DNA from: Gemmatimonadaceae bacterium
Lineage (GTDB): Bacteria; Gemmatimonadota; Gemmatimonadetes; Gemmatimonadales; Gemmatimonadaceae
DNA length: 64,000 nt
Assembly: GCA_051859245.1 (NCBI GenBank)
Contig: JBHYGA010000001.1
Coordinates: 1,373,722-1,437,721 of the forward strand
Direction of reading: 5' to 3'
The notes under the pieces were generated by a model. That model saw only the letters and a list, made by a program, of their open reading frames with translations. It was not told where the DNA came from and ran no database searches. Within the stretch, counting starts at the first letter, position 1. Every line of letters begins with the position of its first letter. Shown in pieces: positions 52,242-62,462 of the stretch. The position numbers and the translations under genes were made by a program.

Positions 52242-54505
52242 CGCCAATTACCACCCCGTCTGCATCACCAGAGCCGCCGGGCGTTGGCGCGCCGGCACTG
52301 GTTCCGGATCCCGCGGAAGGCCACGCGGCACGTCAGTCGTTGCATGATGTCATCCCTGGCTTTGTGCCGCGCGTGGAGGGCGATTACGACCGTCTCGACA
52401 CTGAGCTGCTGATTCGCGCCTACAAGTTCACCGAGCGCGCACACGCCGGACAGGTGCGGCACTCCGGTGAACCGTATGTGACGCACTGTGTGGAAGTGGC
52501 GCGCATTCTGGCCGATCTGCAACTCGACTCGGCCACGGTTGCCTGCGGTTTGCTGCACGACGTGGTGGAAGACACCGATATCACGATTGCGGATATCGAG
52601 CGTGAGTTCGGGTCGGAAGTGTCGCGCATTGTGGACGGTCTCACCAAGATTGCGAATCTGCCGCTCACGTGGCGCGAAGATCGACAGGTTGAGAACTACC
52701 GCAAGCTGTTGCTCTCGATTGCAAAGGACGCGCGCGTAATTCTGATCAAGCTCGCCGATCGTCTGCACAACATGCGAACGCTTGACTGGCTCGCGCCGGA
52801 AAAGCGTCGTCGAATTGCGCAGGAAACACGTGATCTATACGCGCCGCTTGCGCACCGCTTTGGTATGGCGAAGGTGCGGTGGGAGCTGGAAGACCTGGCG
52901 TTCAAGCATGTGGAACCGGAAGCCTATCGCTCGCTCGCCAAGCTTGTGGCGGCCAAGCGCGGTGAGCGCGAATCGCTGATCGCGCAAATGAGCGAGCCGC
53001 TGCTACGCCGACTTACGGAAGCTGGCATCAGTGACGTTGATGTGGGCGGACGTCCCAAGCACTTGTGGTCGATCTACAAAAAAATGCAACAGCGTGAACG
53101 TCCGTATGAGGACATTTACGATCTGTTGGCGATCCGTGTCATCGTGCCCAACGTCATCGAGTGTTATCACGCACTCGGTGTGATTCACGACGGCTGGACG
53201 CCGGTGCAGGAGCGCATCAAGGACTACATCGCGCAGCCCAAGTCAAACGGTTATCAGTCGCTGCACACCACGGTGTTCGGTCCGGGACGTCAGTTGTTTG
53301 AAATCCAGATCCGCACGCGCGATATGCATCGCACGGCGGAGTACGGTATCGCGGCGCACTGGCTGTACAAGGAAGACGTGGCGGGTACGGACGAACTTGA
53401 TCGTCATCTGGCGTGGTTCCGTCAGGTGCTCGAACTGCAGATGGACGCCGAGACACCGGGCGAGTTTCTGGAGTTTCTCAAGCTCGACCTGTATCAGGAC
53501 GAGATCTTTGTGTTCACACCAACGGGCGACGTGATTCAGTTGCCCAAGGGTGCGACACCGCTGGACTTCGCGTACGCGGTGCACACGCAGGTTGGTTCTC
53601 ACTGCGCCGGCGCCAAGGTGAACGGACGCATTGCACCGCTGTCACGCGAACTGAAGAATTCGGAAACGGTGGAGATTCTCACCAATCCGAATGCGCGGCC
53701 AAGCCGCGACTGGTTGTCGCATGTGCGCACCGGTCGCGCGCGCCACAAGATCCGGCAGTGGTTGCGACACGAAGAGCAAACGTCGGCGGTACGACTGGGC
53801 CGCGACATTCTCGATCGTGAGCTCAAGCGTCGCAAGCTGCCCAAGGTTGATGACGTAGCGCTTACTCCGGTCGCACGCGCGCTCAAGCTAAAGGACCCAT
53901 CGCACGTGATCGCGTCGATCGGGCAGGGCGATGTGCACGTGATGCAGGTGCTGAAGGTGCTGCATCCGGCGCTGGAATCGGCGCCGGAGCCCGTGGAAAA
54001 AACGGGCACGATCGAACGGTTGGTGGATCGTGTGCGCGGCACCTCGCGCGGTGTGCGAATTCAGGGCGCCGATGGACTGCTCGTTCGGTACGCGCAGTGT
54101 TGTCAGCCAGTACCTGGCGACAAAGTGGTGGGTTACGTCACGCGTGGCCGCGGCGTGAGCATTCACCGTGGCGATTGCCCCAACTTGCTGCTCCTGGTGA
54201 ATGAGCCAGAGCGACGATTGGAGATTGACTGGCAGGAAGTGGCCGGTGAGCGCTTTACGGTGCGTCTCGCGCTTGAGGGCACGGATCGACGCGGCCTGTA
54301 CGCCGATGTCGCGGCGGCCGTGAGCGCGACCGGTACGGATATTCGCTCGCTCGAGCTCCGCACCACGGACGGCAAGGTCACGGGTGCGGCGCTCGTTGAG
54401 GTCGAGAACCTCGCGCATCTTGAGAAGATCATGAAGGCGATGCGACGAGTGAAGGGAGTCGGCGCGGTGTCTCGGCGTGAACGGCTCACCTCAGAAGAGG
54501 ACTAA
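52238..54505 (+). CDS. rel: Bifunctional (p)ppGpp synthetase/hydrolase (long RSH)
   Basis: HDVVED hydrolase, KLADRLHN, YQSLHT, EIQIRT, TGS, CC, ACT. Confidence 0.95.
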   Translation: MTPITTPSASPEPPGVGAPALVPDPAEGHAARQSLHDVIPGFVPRVEGDYDRLDTELLIRAYKFTERAHAGQVRHSGEPYVTHCVEVARILADLQLDSATVACGLLHDVVEDTDITIADIEREFGSEVSRIVDGLTKIANLPLTWREDRQVENYRKLLLSIAKDARVILIKLADRLHNMRTLDWLAPEKRRRIAQETRDLYAPLAHRFGMAKVRWELEDLAFKHVEPEAYRSLAKLVAAKRGERESLIAQMSEPLLRRLTEAGISDVDVGGRPKHLWSIYKKMQQRERPYEDIYDLLAIRVIVPNVIECYHALGVIHDGWTPVQERIKDYIAQPKSNGYQSLHTTVFGPGRQLFEIQIRTRDMHRTAEYGIAAHWLYKEDVAGTDELDRHLAWFRQVLELQMDAETPGEFLEFLKLDLYQDEIFVFTPTGDVIQLPKGATPLDFAYAVHTQVGSHCAGAKVNGRIAPLSRELKNSETVEILTNPNARPSRDWLSHVRTGRARHKIRQWLRHEEQTSAVRLGRDILDRELKRRKLPKVDDVALTPVARALKLKDPSHVIASIGQGDVHVMQVLKVLHPALESAPEPVEKTGTIERLVDRVRGTSRGVRIQGADGLLVRYAQCCQPVPGDKVVGYVTRGRGVSIHRGDCPNLLLLVNEPERRLEIDWQEVAGERFTVRLALEGTDRRGLYADVAAAVSATGTDIRSLELRTTDGKVTGAALVEVENLAHLEKIMKAMRRVKGVGAVSRRERLTSEED

Positions 54506-54542
54506 CCGCTCTCGGTTGGCGCGCGAGCTGGCCACATCCTGA

Positions 54543-54572
54543 TTGACCCGAACGCATCCCGAAGATTATATT
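54543..54572 (+). promoter_or_regulatory. sigma70-like promoter of uvrB (probably leaderless)
   Basis: TTGACC-N18-TATATT, ATG 6 nt downstream. Confidence 0.6.
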
Positions 54573-54578
54573 TCAGGG

Positions 54579-56729
54579 ATGTCTGATTTGATACGCGGTG
54601 GCGCGCATATGCCGGGCGCAGGCGCAGCGCCTACGCCGTTTTCGCTGCAGTCGCCGTTTGAGCCAGCGGGCGATCAGCCCCAGGCGATCGCCGAGCTCAC
54701 CGCCGGTCTGGAACGCGGCGATCGGTATCAGACGCTGCTCGGCGTGACCGGTTCCGGCAAAACCATGACGATCGCTAACGTGATTGCGGCGTGGAAACGA
54801 CCGGTGTTGGTGTTGTCGCACAACAAAACGTTGGCCGCGCAGTTATACGGAGAGCTCAAGAGCTTTTTCCCGAACAACGCGGTTGAGTATTTCGTGTCGT
54901 ACTACGACTACTACCAGCCGGAAGCGTACGTGCCGACCAGCGACACGTATATCGAAAAAGACGCGTCCATCAACGAAGACATCGATCGGCTGCGTTTGCG
55001 CGCGACGTCGAGTTTGATGGAGCGTGATGATGTAGTGATCGTGTCCACGGTCAGCGCGATCTACGGTCTTGGTGATCCGGTGTCGTACCGCGAGCGCATG
55101 CTGGCGTTGGCGCGCGGCGAGAAGCGCAGCCGCGATGATATTTTGCGCGCACTGGTGGGCATTCAGTATTTGCGCAACGATGTCTCGTTTGAACGCGGCA
55201 CGTTTCGCGTGCGCGGCGATACAGTGGAGATTCTCCCCGCGTACGAAGAGCAAGGCTTGCGTATCGAGCTGTGGGGCGATGAGATCGAGCGGATCAGCAA
55301 GATAGATCCCGTTACTGGCGACACGATCGCGGTGCTGGAACGCGCGGCCATTTATCCTGCCAAACACTTTATCACCACGCGGCCAACACTCGAGCGTGCC
55401 GTTGGTGCGATTCGTGATGAGCTCTCCTCTCGCTTGGCCGAACTGCGCATGGCGGGCAAGCTGCTGGAAGCGCAGCGCCTCGAGCAGCGCACGATGTTCG
55501 ATATTGAGATGATGCTTGAAGTGGGTACGTGCGCCGGTATTGAGAACTACTCGCGACATTTGAGCGGGCGTATTGCGGGTGAACGGCCGGCGTGTTTGTT
55601 CGACTACTTCCCGGACGATTTTCTGGTCGTGGCCGACGAGTCGCACGTCACGCTGCCACAGGTGCGCGCCATGTATAACGGCGATCGCGCGCGCAAGCTG
55701 ACACTGGTGGAGTACGGATTCCGTTTGCCGAGTGCGCTCGATAATCGCCCGCTGGTGTTCGATGAGTTTCTGCAACTGGTGCCGCGACTGATCAGCGTAT
55801 CGGCCACGCCCGGCGAAGTGGAGCTTGGGCTCTCGGAAGGCGTTGTCGTGGAGCAGGTGATTCGTCCGACCGGTCTGATTGATCCGATTATCGAAGTGCG
55901 TCCGGTAAAGGGGCAGGTGGACGATCTCCTGCACGAGATTCACTTGCGCGAACGCAAGGGCGAGCGTGTACTGGTCACGGTGCTCACCAAGCGTATGGCC
56001 GAGGACCTCACCGATTACTTGCAGCAGATGGGTGTGCGCGTGCGCTACATGCACTCGGACATTGATACGATCGAGCGCATGGAAATTGTGCGCGGACTGC
56101 GACTCGGTGATTTCGACGTGCTGGTTGGCATCAACCTGCTGCGTGAAGGACTCGACATGCCGGAGGTCTCACTGGTCGCCGTGCTCGACGCGGATCAGGA
56201 AGGCTTCTTGCGTAGCGATCGTTCGCTGGTGCAAACGATTGGACGCGCGGCACGCAATGTGAATGGTCGCGCGATCCTGTACGCCGACCGCGTCACCGGG
56301 TCGATGGAGCGAGCGATCAGCGAAACGGATCGTCGCCGTACGATTCAGTCGGAGCACAACGCGAAGCACGGCATCACACCGCGAGGTGTGACGAAGAGTG
56401 TGAGCGACGTGCGTTTGATTACACGGGTCGCCGACGCGCGCGAAGTGAAAGAAGACAAAACGGCGAAGAATGCCGTGGTGTCGACGCCTGGCGGAAAGCG
56501 CACGCGGGAAGAGCTGGAAGGCTGGGTTGTGGAGCTGGAAGCGGCTATGCGCGAAGCGGCAACGGCACTTGATTTTGAAACGGCGGCGCGACTGCGCGAC
56601 GAGCTGTTCGATGTTCGCACCATGCTCGGCAGCGCGACAGGTGAGAGCAAGGCCGGCGCGCGCGGCGGAACGAGGGGCGGTGGTGGTCGCCCCGGCGGTG
56701 CGCGCGGTGGGCGAGGGAAGCGTCGCTGA
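54579..56729 (+). CDS. uvrB: Excinuclease ABC subunit B
   Basis: [31 protein letters not shown] domain. Confidence 0.97.
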   Translation: MSDLIRGGAHMPGAGAAPTPFSLQSPFEPAGDQPQAIAELTAGLERGDRYQTLLGVTGSGKTMTIANVIAAWKRPVLVLSHNKTLAAQLYGELKSFFPNNAVEYFVSYYDYYQPEAYVPTSDTYIEKDASINEDIDRLRLRATSSLMERDDVVIVSTVSAIYGLGDPVSYRERMLALARGEKRSRDDILRALVGIQYLRNDVSFERGTFRVRGDTVEILPAYEEQGLRIELWGDEIERISKIDPVTGDTIAVLERAAIYPAKHFITTRPTLERAVGAIRDELSSRLAELRMAGKLLEAQRLEQRTMFDIEMMLEVGTCAGIENYSRHLSGRIAGERPACLFDYFPDDFLVVADESHVTLPQVRAMYNGDRARKLTLVEYGFRLPSALDNRPLVFDEFLQLVPRLISVSATPGEVELGLSEGVVVEQVIRPTGLIDPIIEVRPVKGQVDDLLHEIHLRERKGERVLVTVLTKRMAEDLTDYLQQMGVRVRYMHSDIDTIERMEIVRGLRLGDFDVLVGINLLREGLDMPEVSLVAVLDADQEGFLRSDRSLVQTIGRAARNVNGRAILYADRVTGSMERAISETDRRRTIQSEHNAKHGITPRGVTKSVSDVRLITRVADAREVKEDKTAKNAVVSTPGGKRTREELEGWVVELEAAMREAATALDFETAARLRDELFDVRTMLGSATGESKAGARGGTRGGGGRPGGARGGRGKRR

Positions 56730-57214
56730 TGTACGGAAGTCGCGACATCGCGCCGCGCAGCGCTGAGCTGCAGCTGTTACTGCACCAGACGGAGCAGGGT
56801 CCCATGTCGCTCGAAGACATGGCGGTGTGGGGACGGGCGTTTGCACTCGCGTTGCCGGCTGGCGCAGTGCTGGCGCTGCATGGCGAACTGGGCGCCGGAA
56901 AGACCACACTCGTGCGCGCGATGTGCGAAGCGCTCGGCGTGGGTGACCTGTCGCAGGTCACGAGTCCGACGTTTGCAATTGTGCATGAGTACGACAGCGC
57001 ATCGGGTCTGCTGGTGCACGCCGATCTGTATCGGCTTCGCAGCGAAGCGGAACTGGAACAGTTGGGGTGGGACGAACTTCTCGCGCGTGCGGTCCGCGTG
57101 TTCGTGGAGTGGCCGGAGCGTGCGGGTGCGATGTTGCCGCCGGATGCGTGGCACCTCCAACTCTCGCATGTCGCAACTGCTCCAGACAAACGTGGGCTGC
57201 ATGTGATGGTGTAG
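56729..57214 (+). CDS. tsaE: tRNA t6A biosynthesis ATPase TsaE
   Basis: GELGAGKTT, VTSPTF, HADLYRL, VEWPE. Confidence 0.93.
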   Translation: MYGSRDIAPRSAELQLLLHQTEQGPMSLEDMAVWGRAFALALPAGAVLALHGELGAGKTTLVRAMCEALGVGDLSQVTSPTFAIVHEYDSASGLLVHADLYRLRSEAELEQLGWDELLARAVRVFVEWPERAGAMLPPDAWHLQLSHVATAPDKRGLHVMV

Positions 57215-57269
57215 TCCATTGCGGTGACACTCGGCGTGACGACAGTGCATCGCGCGTCGTGTAGCTGCT

Positions 57270-58766
57270 GTGAAGCCTGTCTCAATTCCCGTTCATCGCG
57301 TGTCGCCGAGCGCGATCGCCGCGCCAACGCCGGCCGACGCCCGCGACTCCGCCTCAACGGTTCGCCTCGCCGAAGTCGTTGGTGCCCTTTCCTACGCGCT
57401 GGATCTCACAGAAGGTCAGCGTCCCGGTCACACGCTGCGCACCTGCGTACTCGCCATGCGCATCGGTCGCGGTATCGACCTCTCGCAGCCTGAGTTGGAG
57501 GCGCTCTACTACGCGTCACTGTTGAAAGACGCGGGTTGTTCGAGCAATGCCGCGCGCATGGCGGCGCTGTTCGGATCAGACGACCAGAGCGTGAAACGCA
57601 ATATGCGGCTGGTCGATTGGCAGGATCGCTGGCGACTCGCCGCTCGTACCGCGGAGAACTGCGGCGTTGGTCGCTCCATGTTTGCTCGGCTGCGACACTT
57701 CATGTTGATCGCGCGCACGCCCGACATGACGCGCGAAATCATTCAAACACGTTGTGAGCGCGGTGCCGCGATTGCGGCGCAACTCGGGTTTCCCAGTGCG
57801 TCGTCGGAAGCCATTGCGTTTGTTGACGAGCAGTGGTGCGGACTCGGGCATCCCACTGGAATGTCAGGGACTGATATCCCAATCCTGTCGCGCGTGTTGC
57901 TACTCGCACAAACACTCGAAGTGTTTGTGACCGAAGAAGGCATCGACAATGCCATGCGCATGGTGCGCGAGCGCCGCGGACGCTGGTTCGATCCGTCCAT
58001 TGCGGATCTGGTGCTGGCGTGGAGTCGGTCGGACGCGATCTGGACGGTGTTGTCGGAAAGCGATCGTCTGGAAGCCACGGTGATTGCGCTTGAGCCGAAC
58101 GAGTCGCCGCTCATGGCCACCGACGAACGTCTCGACGCGATTGCGCAGGGCTTTGCGTCCGTGATCGACGCGAAGTCGCCGTTTACGTCGCGGCATAGCA
58201 CGAACGTGGCGCGATACGCGGCGGCGATTGCGACCGCTCGCGGTGCGTCATCTCGCCAGGCGCGGGAAGTGTTGCGGGCTGGCTTGCTGCACGACCTTGG
58301 CAAGCTCGGTATTTCCAATCGCATTCTCGACAAACCCGCCGCGCTTACCGACGTGGAACGCGCGACGATGAAGGATCACCCCAAGTGGACGTGGGAGATC
58401 CTGCGCCACGTTCCGGCGTTCGCGGGTGTGGCCGGCTCCGCGTCCAAGCACCATGAACGCATCGACGGCGCGGGCTATCCGTGGGGCCTCGGCGACGATG
58501 TTCTCGACGAAACGGCGCGCACACTGGCCGTGGCCGACGTGTACGAGGCGCTCACGGCGAATCGCCCGTACCGCGCCGGTATGACCGCAGAGAAGGCGCT
58601 CAGCATCATGGTGCGCGATCGGGGCAGTGCCTTTGACCGCGAGTTGTACGACGTGGCGGAGTCAATGGCGCAGGCGGGTGCGTTTGCCGCCATCGCCGAC
58701 GTGATCGACGAGCCGCTGGCCGCCGTTCCGGGAATTGATCTAGAGCCGCTGCGCAAGATCGCGTAG
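57270..58766 (+). CDS. Tandem HD / HD-GYP phosphodiesterase
   Basis: C-terminal HDLGK, HHERIDGAGYP, ADVYEAL, RPYR; degenerate N-terminal copy (KDAG, DEQWCGLGHP). Confidence 0.9.
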   Translation: MKPVSIPVHRVSPSAIAAPTPADARDSASTVRLAEVVGALSYALDLTEGQRPGHTLRTCVLAMRIGRGIDLSQPELEALYYASLLKDAGCSSNAARMAALFGSDDQSVKRNMRLVDWQDRWRLAARTAENCGVGRSMFARLRHFMLIARTPDMTREIIQTRCERGAAIAAQLGFPSASSEAIAFVDEQWCGLGHPTGMSGTDIPILSRVLLLAQTLEVFVTEEGIDNAMRMVRERRGRWFDPSIADLVLAWSRSDAIWTVLSESDRLEATVIALEPNESPLMATDERLDAIAQGFASVIDAKSPFTSRHSTNVARYAAAIATARGASSRQAREVLRAGLLHDLGKLGISNRILDKPAALTDVERATMKDHPKWTWEILRHVPAFAGVAGSASKHHERIDGAGYPWGLGDDVLDETARTLAVADVYEALTANRPYRAGMTAEKALSIMVRDRGSAFDRELYDVAESMAQAGAFAAIADVIDEPLAAVPGIDLEPLRKIA

Positions 58767-58849
58767 CGGGCGAGGTGCCGATCGGGGGTCGTTCTGCGCA
58801 GGGGGTTCGCAGGCCTTGTGCGTGGGGCGCCGCGCGTCGATAGTGCGTC

Positions 58850-59542
58850 ATGACAGAAGCTGACACGCGTGTCATCCCTGAGGGCCTGTGGCTCGTGGTT
58901 GAGGCGTCCACCTCTGCCGGATCTGTCGCGCTGCTCAGGCAGTCGGGAGCATTGCCCGCGCATGTCGTCGCGAGTTGCGATGTGCCCATGGGTTCGGCGC
59001 GAGATGACGTGCTGACGCCTGCCGTGCAGACGTTGCTGGCCGAATCGGGTGTGGCGTTGCACGACATTCGGGCCGTGGTGTGCGGCGCTGGTCCGGGATC
59101 GTTTACGTCGCTGCGTATTGCCGGCGCGCTGATTAAAGGACTGGCGTACGGCCTTCAGGTTCCGCTGTTTTCCGTTCCGTCCATGTTGCTGGCGGCGCGT
59201 GGGGTGGATGATCAACCCGAGGCGGGTGCGCGCACCGTGGCCATGGACGCGCTGCGCGGCGAGTTCTACGTGCAGTCGTTCATGGTGCGTTCGCGCGGCG
59301 AGCTCGCACCGATGAGCGGGGTTTCGCGACTTAGCGCCGAGCAGCTTGCCCAGGAGAACACGCCTCGTGTGATCTCGGTCGATGGCGATATCAAACCACG
59401 CGCGAGTGTCGCGCGTTGGATAGATGACTGGTCTCGGTTTGGGCCACAGTCACTGGATGCGTGGGAGCCCGCGTACGGGCGACTCGCCGAAGCGCAGGTC
59501 AAGTGGGAGTCGACGCATGGACGCGCCCTTACTCTCGACTGA
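58850..59542 (+). CDS. tsaB: tRNA t6A biosynthesis protein TsaB
   Basis: GPGSFTSLRI, MDALRGEFY. Confidence 0.9.
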   Translation: MTEADTRVIPEGLWLVVEASTSAGSVALLRQSGALPAHVVASCDVPMGSARDDVLTPAVQTLLAESGVALHDIRAVVCGAGPGSFTSLRIAGALIKGLAYGLQVPLFSVPSMLLAARGVDDQPEAGARTVAMDALRGEFYVQSFMVRSRGELAPMSGVSRLSAEQLAQENTPRVISVDGDIKPRASVARWIDDWSRFGPQSLDAWEPAYGRLAEAQVKWESTHGRALTLD

Positions 59543-60008
59543 TCTGCAGCTGCAGCTTCGGCCCGCAGAGCCGCGTGACATCGCGGAAATGGCGGCCATT
59601 GAAGCAGCGTGTTTTTCGGATCCGTGGCCTGCGTCGGCATTCGATTCGTTGCTCGCGTCAGTCGCCACGCACATCACCGTGGCCGTGCTCAACAACCGCG
59701 TGGTTGGGTACAGCGTGGTCATTCACGTGATTGACGAAGGGGAGCTGGCCAACATCGCGGTTGATGCGAGTGCGCGGCGACGAGGTGTTGCGCGTGCCCT
59801 CATGGAGGCGCTCATGTCACGCGCGCGGCGGGACCAACTGCACTCGATGTTCCTTGAGGTGCGCGAGTCAAACGTGGGCGCGCGCGCGCTGTACGAGGCG
59901 TTTGGATTCAGCGCGCTGACACGTCGAAAGCGCTATTATCAGCGCCCTGATGAGGATGCGATCGTGATGGTGTGGCGACCCGGCACGCTCACGATTTCGG
60001 CGGCATGA
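59517..60008 (+). CDS. rimI: Ribosomal-protein-alanine N-acetyltransferase
   Basis: FSDPW, NIAV...RRRGVA, LEVRESN, RKRYY...EDAIVM. Confidence 0.9.
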   Translation: MDAPLLSTDLQLQLRPAEPRDIAEMAAIEAACFSDPWPASAFDSLLASVATHITVAVLNNRVVGYSVVIHVIDEGELANIAVDASARRRGVARALMEALMSRARRDQLHSMFLEVRESNVGARALYEAFGFSALTRRKRYYQRPDEDAIVMVWRPGTLTISAA

Positions 60009-60086
60009 TTATGGTGCTATTCTTCGGAGCGGAGCGTGGTAGGATGAGTGCGCCAACCGCACTTCACCCGCACGCCTGGAGGCACC

Positions 60087-60578
60087 GTGAGTCGCAGTCT
60101 GAACAAAGCCACCCTGATCGGTAACGTCGGATCCGATCCGGAAATTCGCAGCACGTCCAACGGCGGTCGCGTGGCGACATTTTCGCTGGCCACCAGCACC
60201 GTCTGGAACGATGCGTCAGGGTCCAAGCAGGAAAAGACCGAGTGGCACCGCTGCGTAGTCTGGAATCAGGGCAAGTCCACGCTTGCCGACGTTGTTGAGC
60301 GCTACGTCAAGAAGGGTGAAAAGCTGTTTGTTGAAGGCGAAATTCAGTATCGCCAGTGGACCGACAAGGACAATCAGACGCGCTACACCACCGAGATCAA
60401 AGTACGAGAACTGATTTTGCTTGGTGGCCGGAGCGGCGGAGATGACGACGCCCCGCGTCGCAGCAGCGGACCGGCCGGCGGCGCGCCCAAGAAGGGCGGT
60501 GCAGCGGGTGGGGCGAGTGATGATTTCTCGGATTTCCCCGGCGCTCTGCAGGACGAAGACGACGATCTGCCGTTCTGA
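60087..60578 (+). CDS. ssb: Single-stranded DNA-binding protein
   Basis: LNKATLIGNVGSDPE, TEWH, C-terminal DDDLPF. Confidence 0.97.
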   Translation: MSRSLNKATLIGNVGSDPEIRSTSNGGRVATFSLATSTVWNDASGSKQEKTEWHRCVVWNQGKSTLADVVERYVKKGEKLFVEGEIQYRQWTDKDNQTRYTTEIKVRELILLGGRSGGDDDAPRRSSGPAGGAPKKGGAAGGASDDFSDFPGALQDEDDDLPF

Positions 60579-60756
60579 TCGCGGCAGCACCCACGGGGGA
60601 CCGGCAGTGCAACGCATTGTGCTCATGGCGTGATGCGCAGCGCGTGACGGTCTCCCGCGGTTCGGCGTCCCTCTCCCAGAGGTCATGTCACGAGTCTTTG
60701 GTAAGGAGCCAACTCGGCGTGTCCTGATTTCACATCGCCCTCGAGAGGTTTGCGTC

Positions 60757-62268
60757 ATGTTCCCAGCCCGTTCCCGTCGCGCGTTGGTTCGCGCCAAGGC
60801 TATCGCGCGTCGGTCGGAGTCGGTCAGCGAAGCACAGCAGCTGTTGTTACCGCTGCTGCTCGCCTTCGGATTTGCGCTGCTCCTCGCGTGGCCGCACCGC
60901 GCGCAGGCGCAGACGGCAGGCGCTCAGGTCACCGCATCGGCGTCGTCTACGCACACCGTTCGTCCTGGTGAAACGTTGTGGAGCCTCGCGGCCCGCTACT
61001 TCGGCAATGGTCAGAAGTGGCGGGAACTCGCGTCAATGAACGGTCTCGCCGCGGGTGGTGAGCTGGGCATTGAAGTGGGTCAGGTGCTGCGCGTTCCTGG
61101 TGAGCGGCCGTCGTTCGCGGAGTCACGCGCGGCCATGGCCGAGCGTCCGCCCTTGAGCACGCCCAGCAGCGCTGTGACGCCCGCGGCGGGAACGCCAGAC
61201 GACGCCAGTGCGGCGAAGGCCGCTGCGGACCGAGCTGCGGCTGAGAAGGCGGCATCGGACAAGGCCGCGGCTGACAAAGCTGCGGCTGACAAGGCTGCGG
61301 CTGACAAGGCTGCGGCTGAGAAGGCGGCGGCTGACAAGGCCGCGTCTGAGAAGGCGGCGTTTGATGCTGCCGCCGCGGAAATCGCGGCCGCCGAATCGCG
61401 TCCGGCACCGCTTCCCGCGCCGCAGCGCGGCACGTTCATCGAACCGGAAGGCTCGCAAGGAGCGTCTCGCCTGGGGTTGGTGCGTCGCGCTGATGTGGCA
61501 GCCGCTCGTGGCCGTGACAACACCACGATTTTCCTCGGACCGGCGCCGTTCGACGCCGATACGATGCAGGGCACGATCTACCTGACCGGCGGTGAGAGCT
61601 TTGTGGCGCCCGCCGGACGCCGACCGGCTGAGTTCGAGGCGGCCCCGTTTGCCGTCTCCGTGAACACTCTGAAGGGCGCCGGCTCGGTCAAGGCGCGTGG
61701 CGAGGGCAGTGCGGTCAAGACCCGTGACCTGCAGCGCATGCAGCCACGTGAGCTGGTCGAAATCGCGATGCCGGCCGGCGTGGCTGCTACGCCTGGCACG
61801 AAACTCGTGTCGATCGCTCTGGGCGCCGAACTGGGCGGCTCGCTTCGTGTGGCGCATCCCTCGGCCGTCTTGACCATTGAAGAGCCGCGTAATGGTGTGC
61901 CCATGGCGCGCGTTACCCGCCTGTTCGGCGTAGTAGAGCAGGGTCAGGCGCTGGTGCCGTTCGAAGAAGCGCCGGCGGCGCCGGCCACCGAGACCGTCGA
62001 CTCGATCACCACCACGGTGCGGTGGATCACCGCCAAGCACCTGTTGCCTTCGCTGCAGTCGTACCTGATTCTCGCGAACGATCCAGCCAATCAGATTCAG
62101 GTGGGCGATCGATTCGAGCTGCTCACGAAGTCGTCCGTCGAGTCACGCGTCGCGATTGTTCGCGTGGTTCGCGTGGGCGCAGACGGTGCCACGGCGATCA
62201 TCACGCATCAGGATCAGCCCACGATTCGCGAGGGCATGAGCGCGCGTCGGATTGGCCGGGCGCCGTAA
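60757..62268 (+). CDS. LysM peptidoglycan-binding protein with Ala/Lys helical repeat
   Basis: Signal peptide ending AQA; HTVRPGETLWSLA...GQVLRVP LysM; start may be 60685. Confidence 0.85.
   Translation: MFPARSRRALVRAKAIARRSESVSEAQQLLLPLLLAFGFALLLAWPHRAQAQTAGAQVTASASSTHTVRPGETLWSLAARYFGNGQKWRELASMNGLAAGGELGIEVGQVLRVPGERPSFAESRAAMAERPPLSTPSSAVTPAAGTPDDASAAKAAADRAAAEKAASDKAAADKAAADKAAADKAAAEKAAADKAASEKAAFDAAAAEIAAAESRPAPLPAPQRGTFIEPEGSQGASRLGLVRRADVAAARGRDNTTIFLGPAPFDADTMQGTIYLTGGESFVAPAGRRPAEFEAAPFAVSVNTLKGAGSVKARGEGSAVKTRDLQRMQPRELVEIAMPAGVAATPGTKLVSIALGAELGGSLRVAHPSAVLTIEEPRNGVPMARVTRLFGVVEQGQALVPFEEAPAAPATETVDSITTTVRWITAKHLLPSLQSYLILANDPANQIQVGDRFELLTKSSVESRVAIVRVVRVGADGATAIITHQDQPTIREGMSARRIGRAP
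61216..61359 (+). repeat. 15-bp tandem repeats encoding KAAAD/KAAAE
   Basis: About nine units similar to AAGGCTGCGGCTGAC. Confidence 0.85.
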
Positions 62269-62319
62269 ACGCCGTTGAGCGCACGCATGCGCTGATGCCG
62301 GTCGGCATCTGCCGGTGAT

Positions 62320-62353
62320 ACACGGGCTCCGCACCACTGTGCGGAGCCCGTGT
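62320..62353. terminator. Perfect 15-bp-stem hairpin after the LysM gene
   Basis: ACACGGGCTCCGCAC-CACT-GTGCGGAGCCCGTGT; no clear U tract. Confidence 0.55.
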
Positions 62354-62462
62354 GCAATTGTGACGCTACGCATCGTTCTCAGGCTGTGCGAGGTCGTGTC
62401 GGTGTATACATTCACACGCGTTGCGCGTGTCACCACCAACTGAACCAGAGAGACGTGAACTG

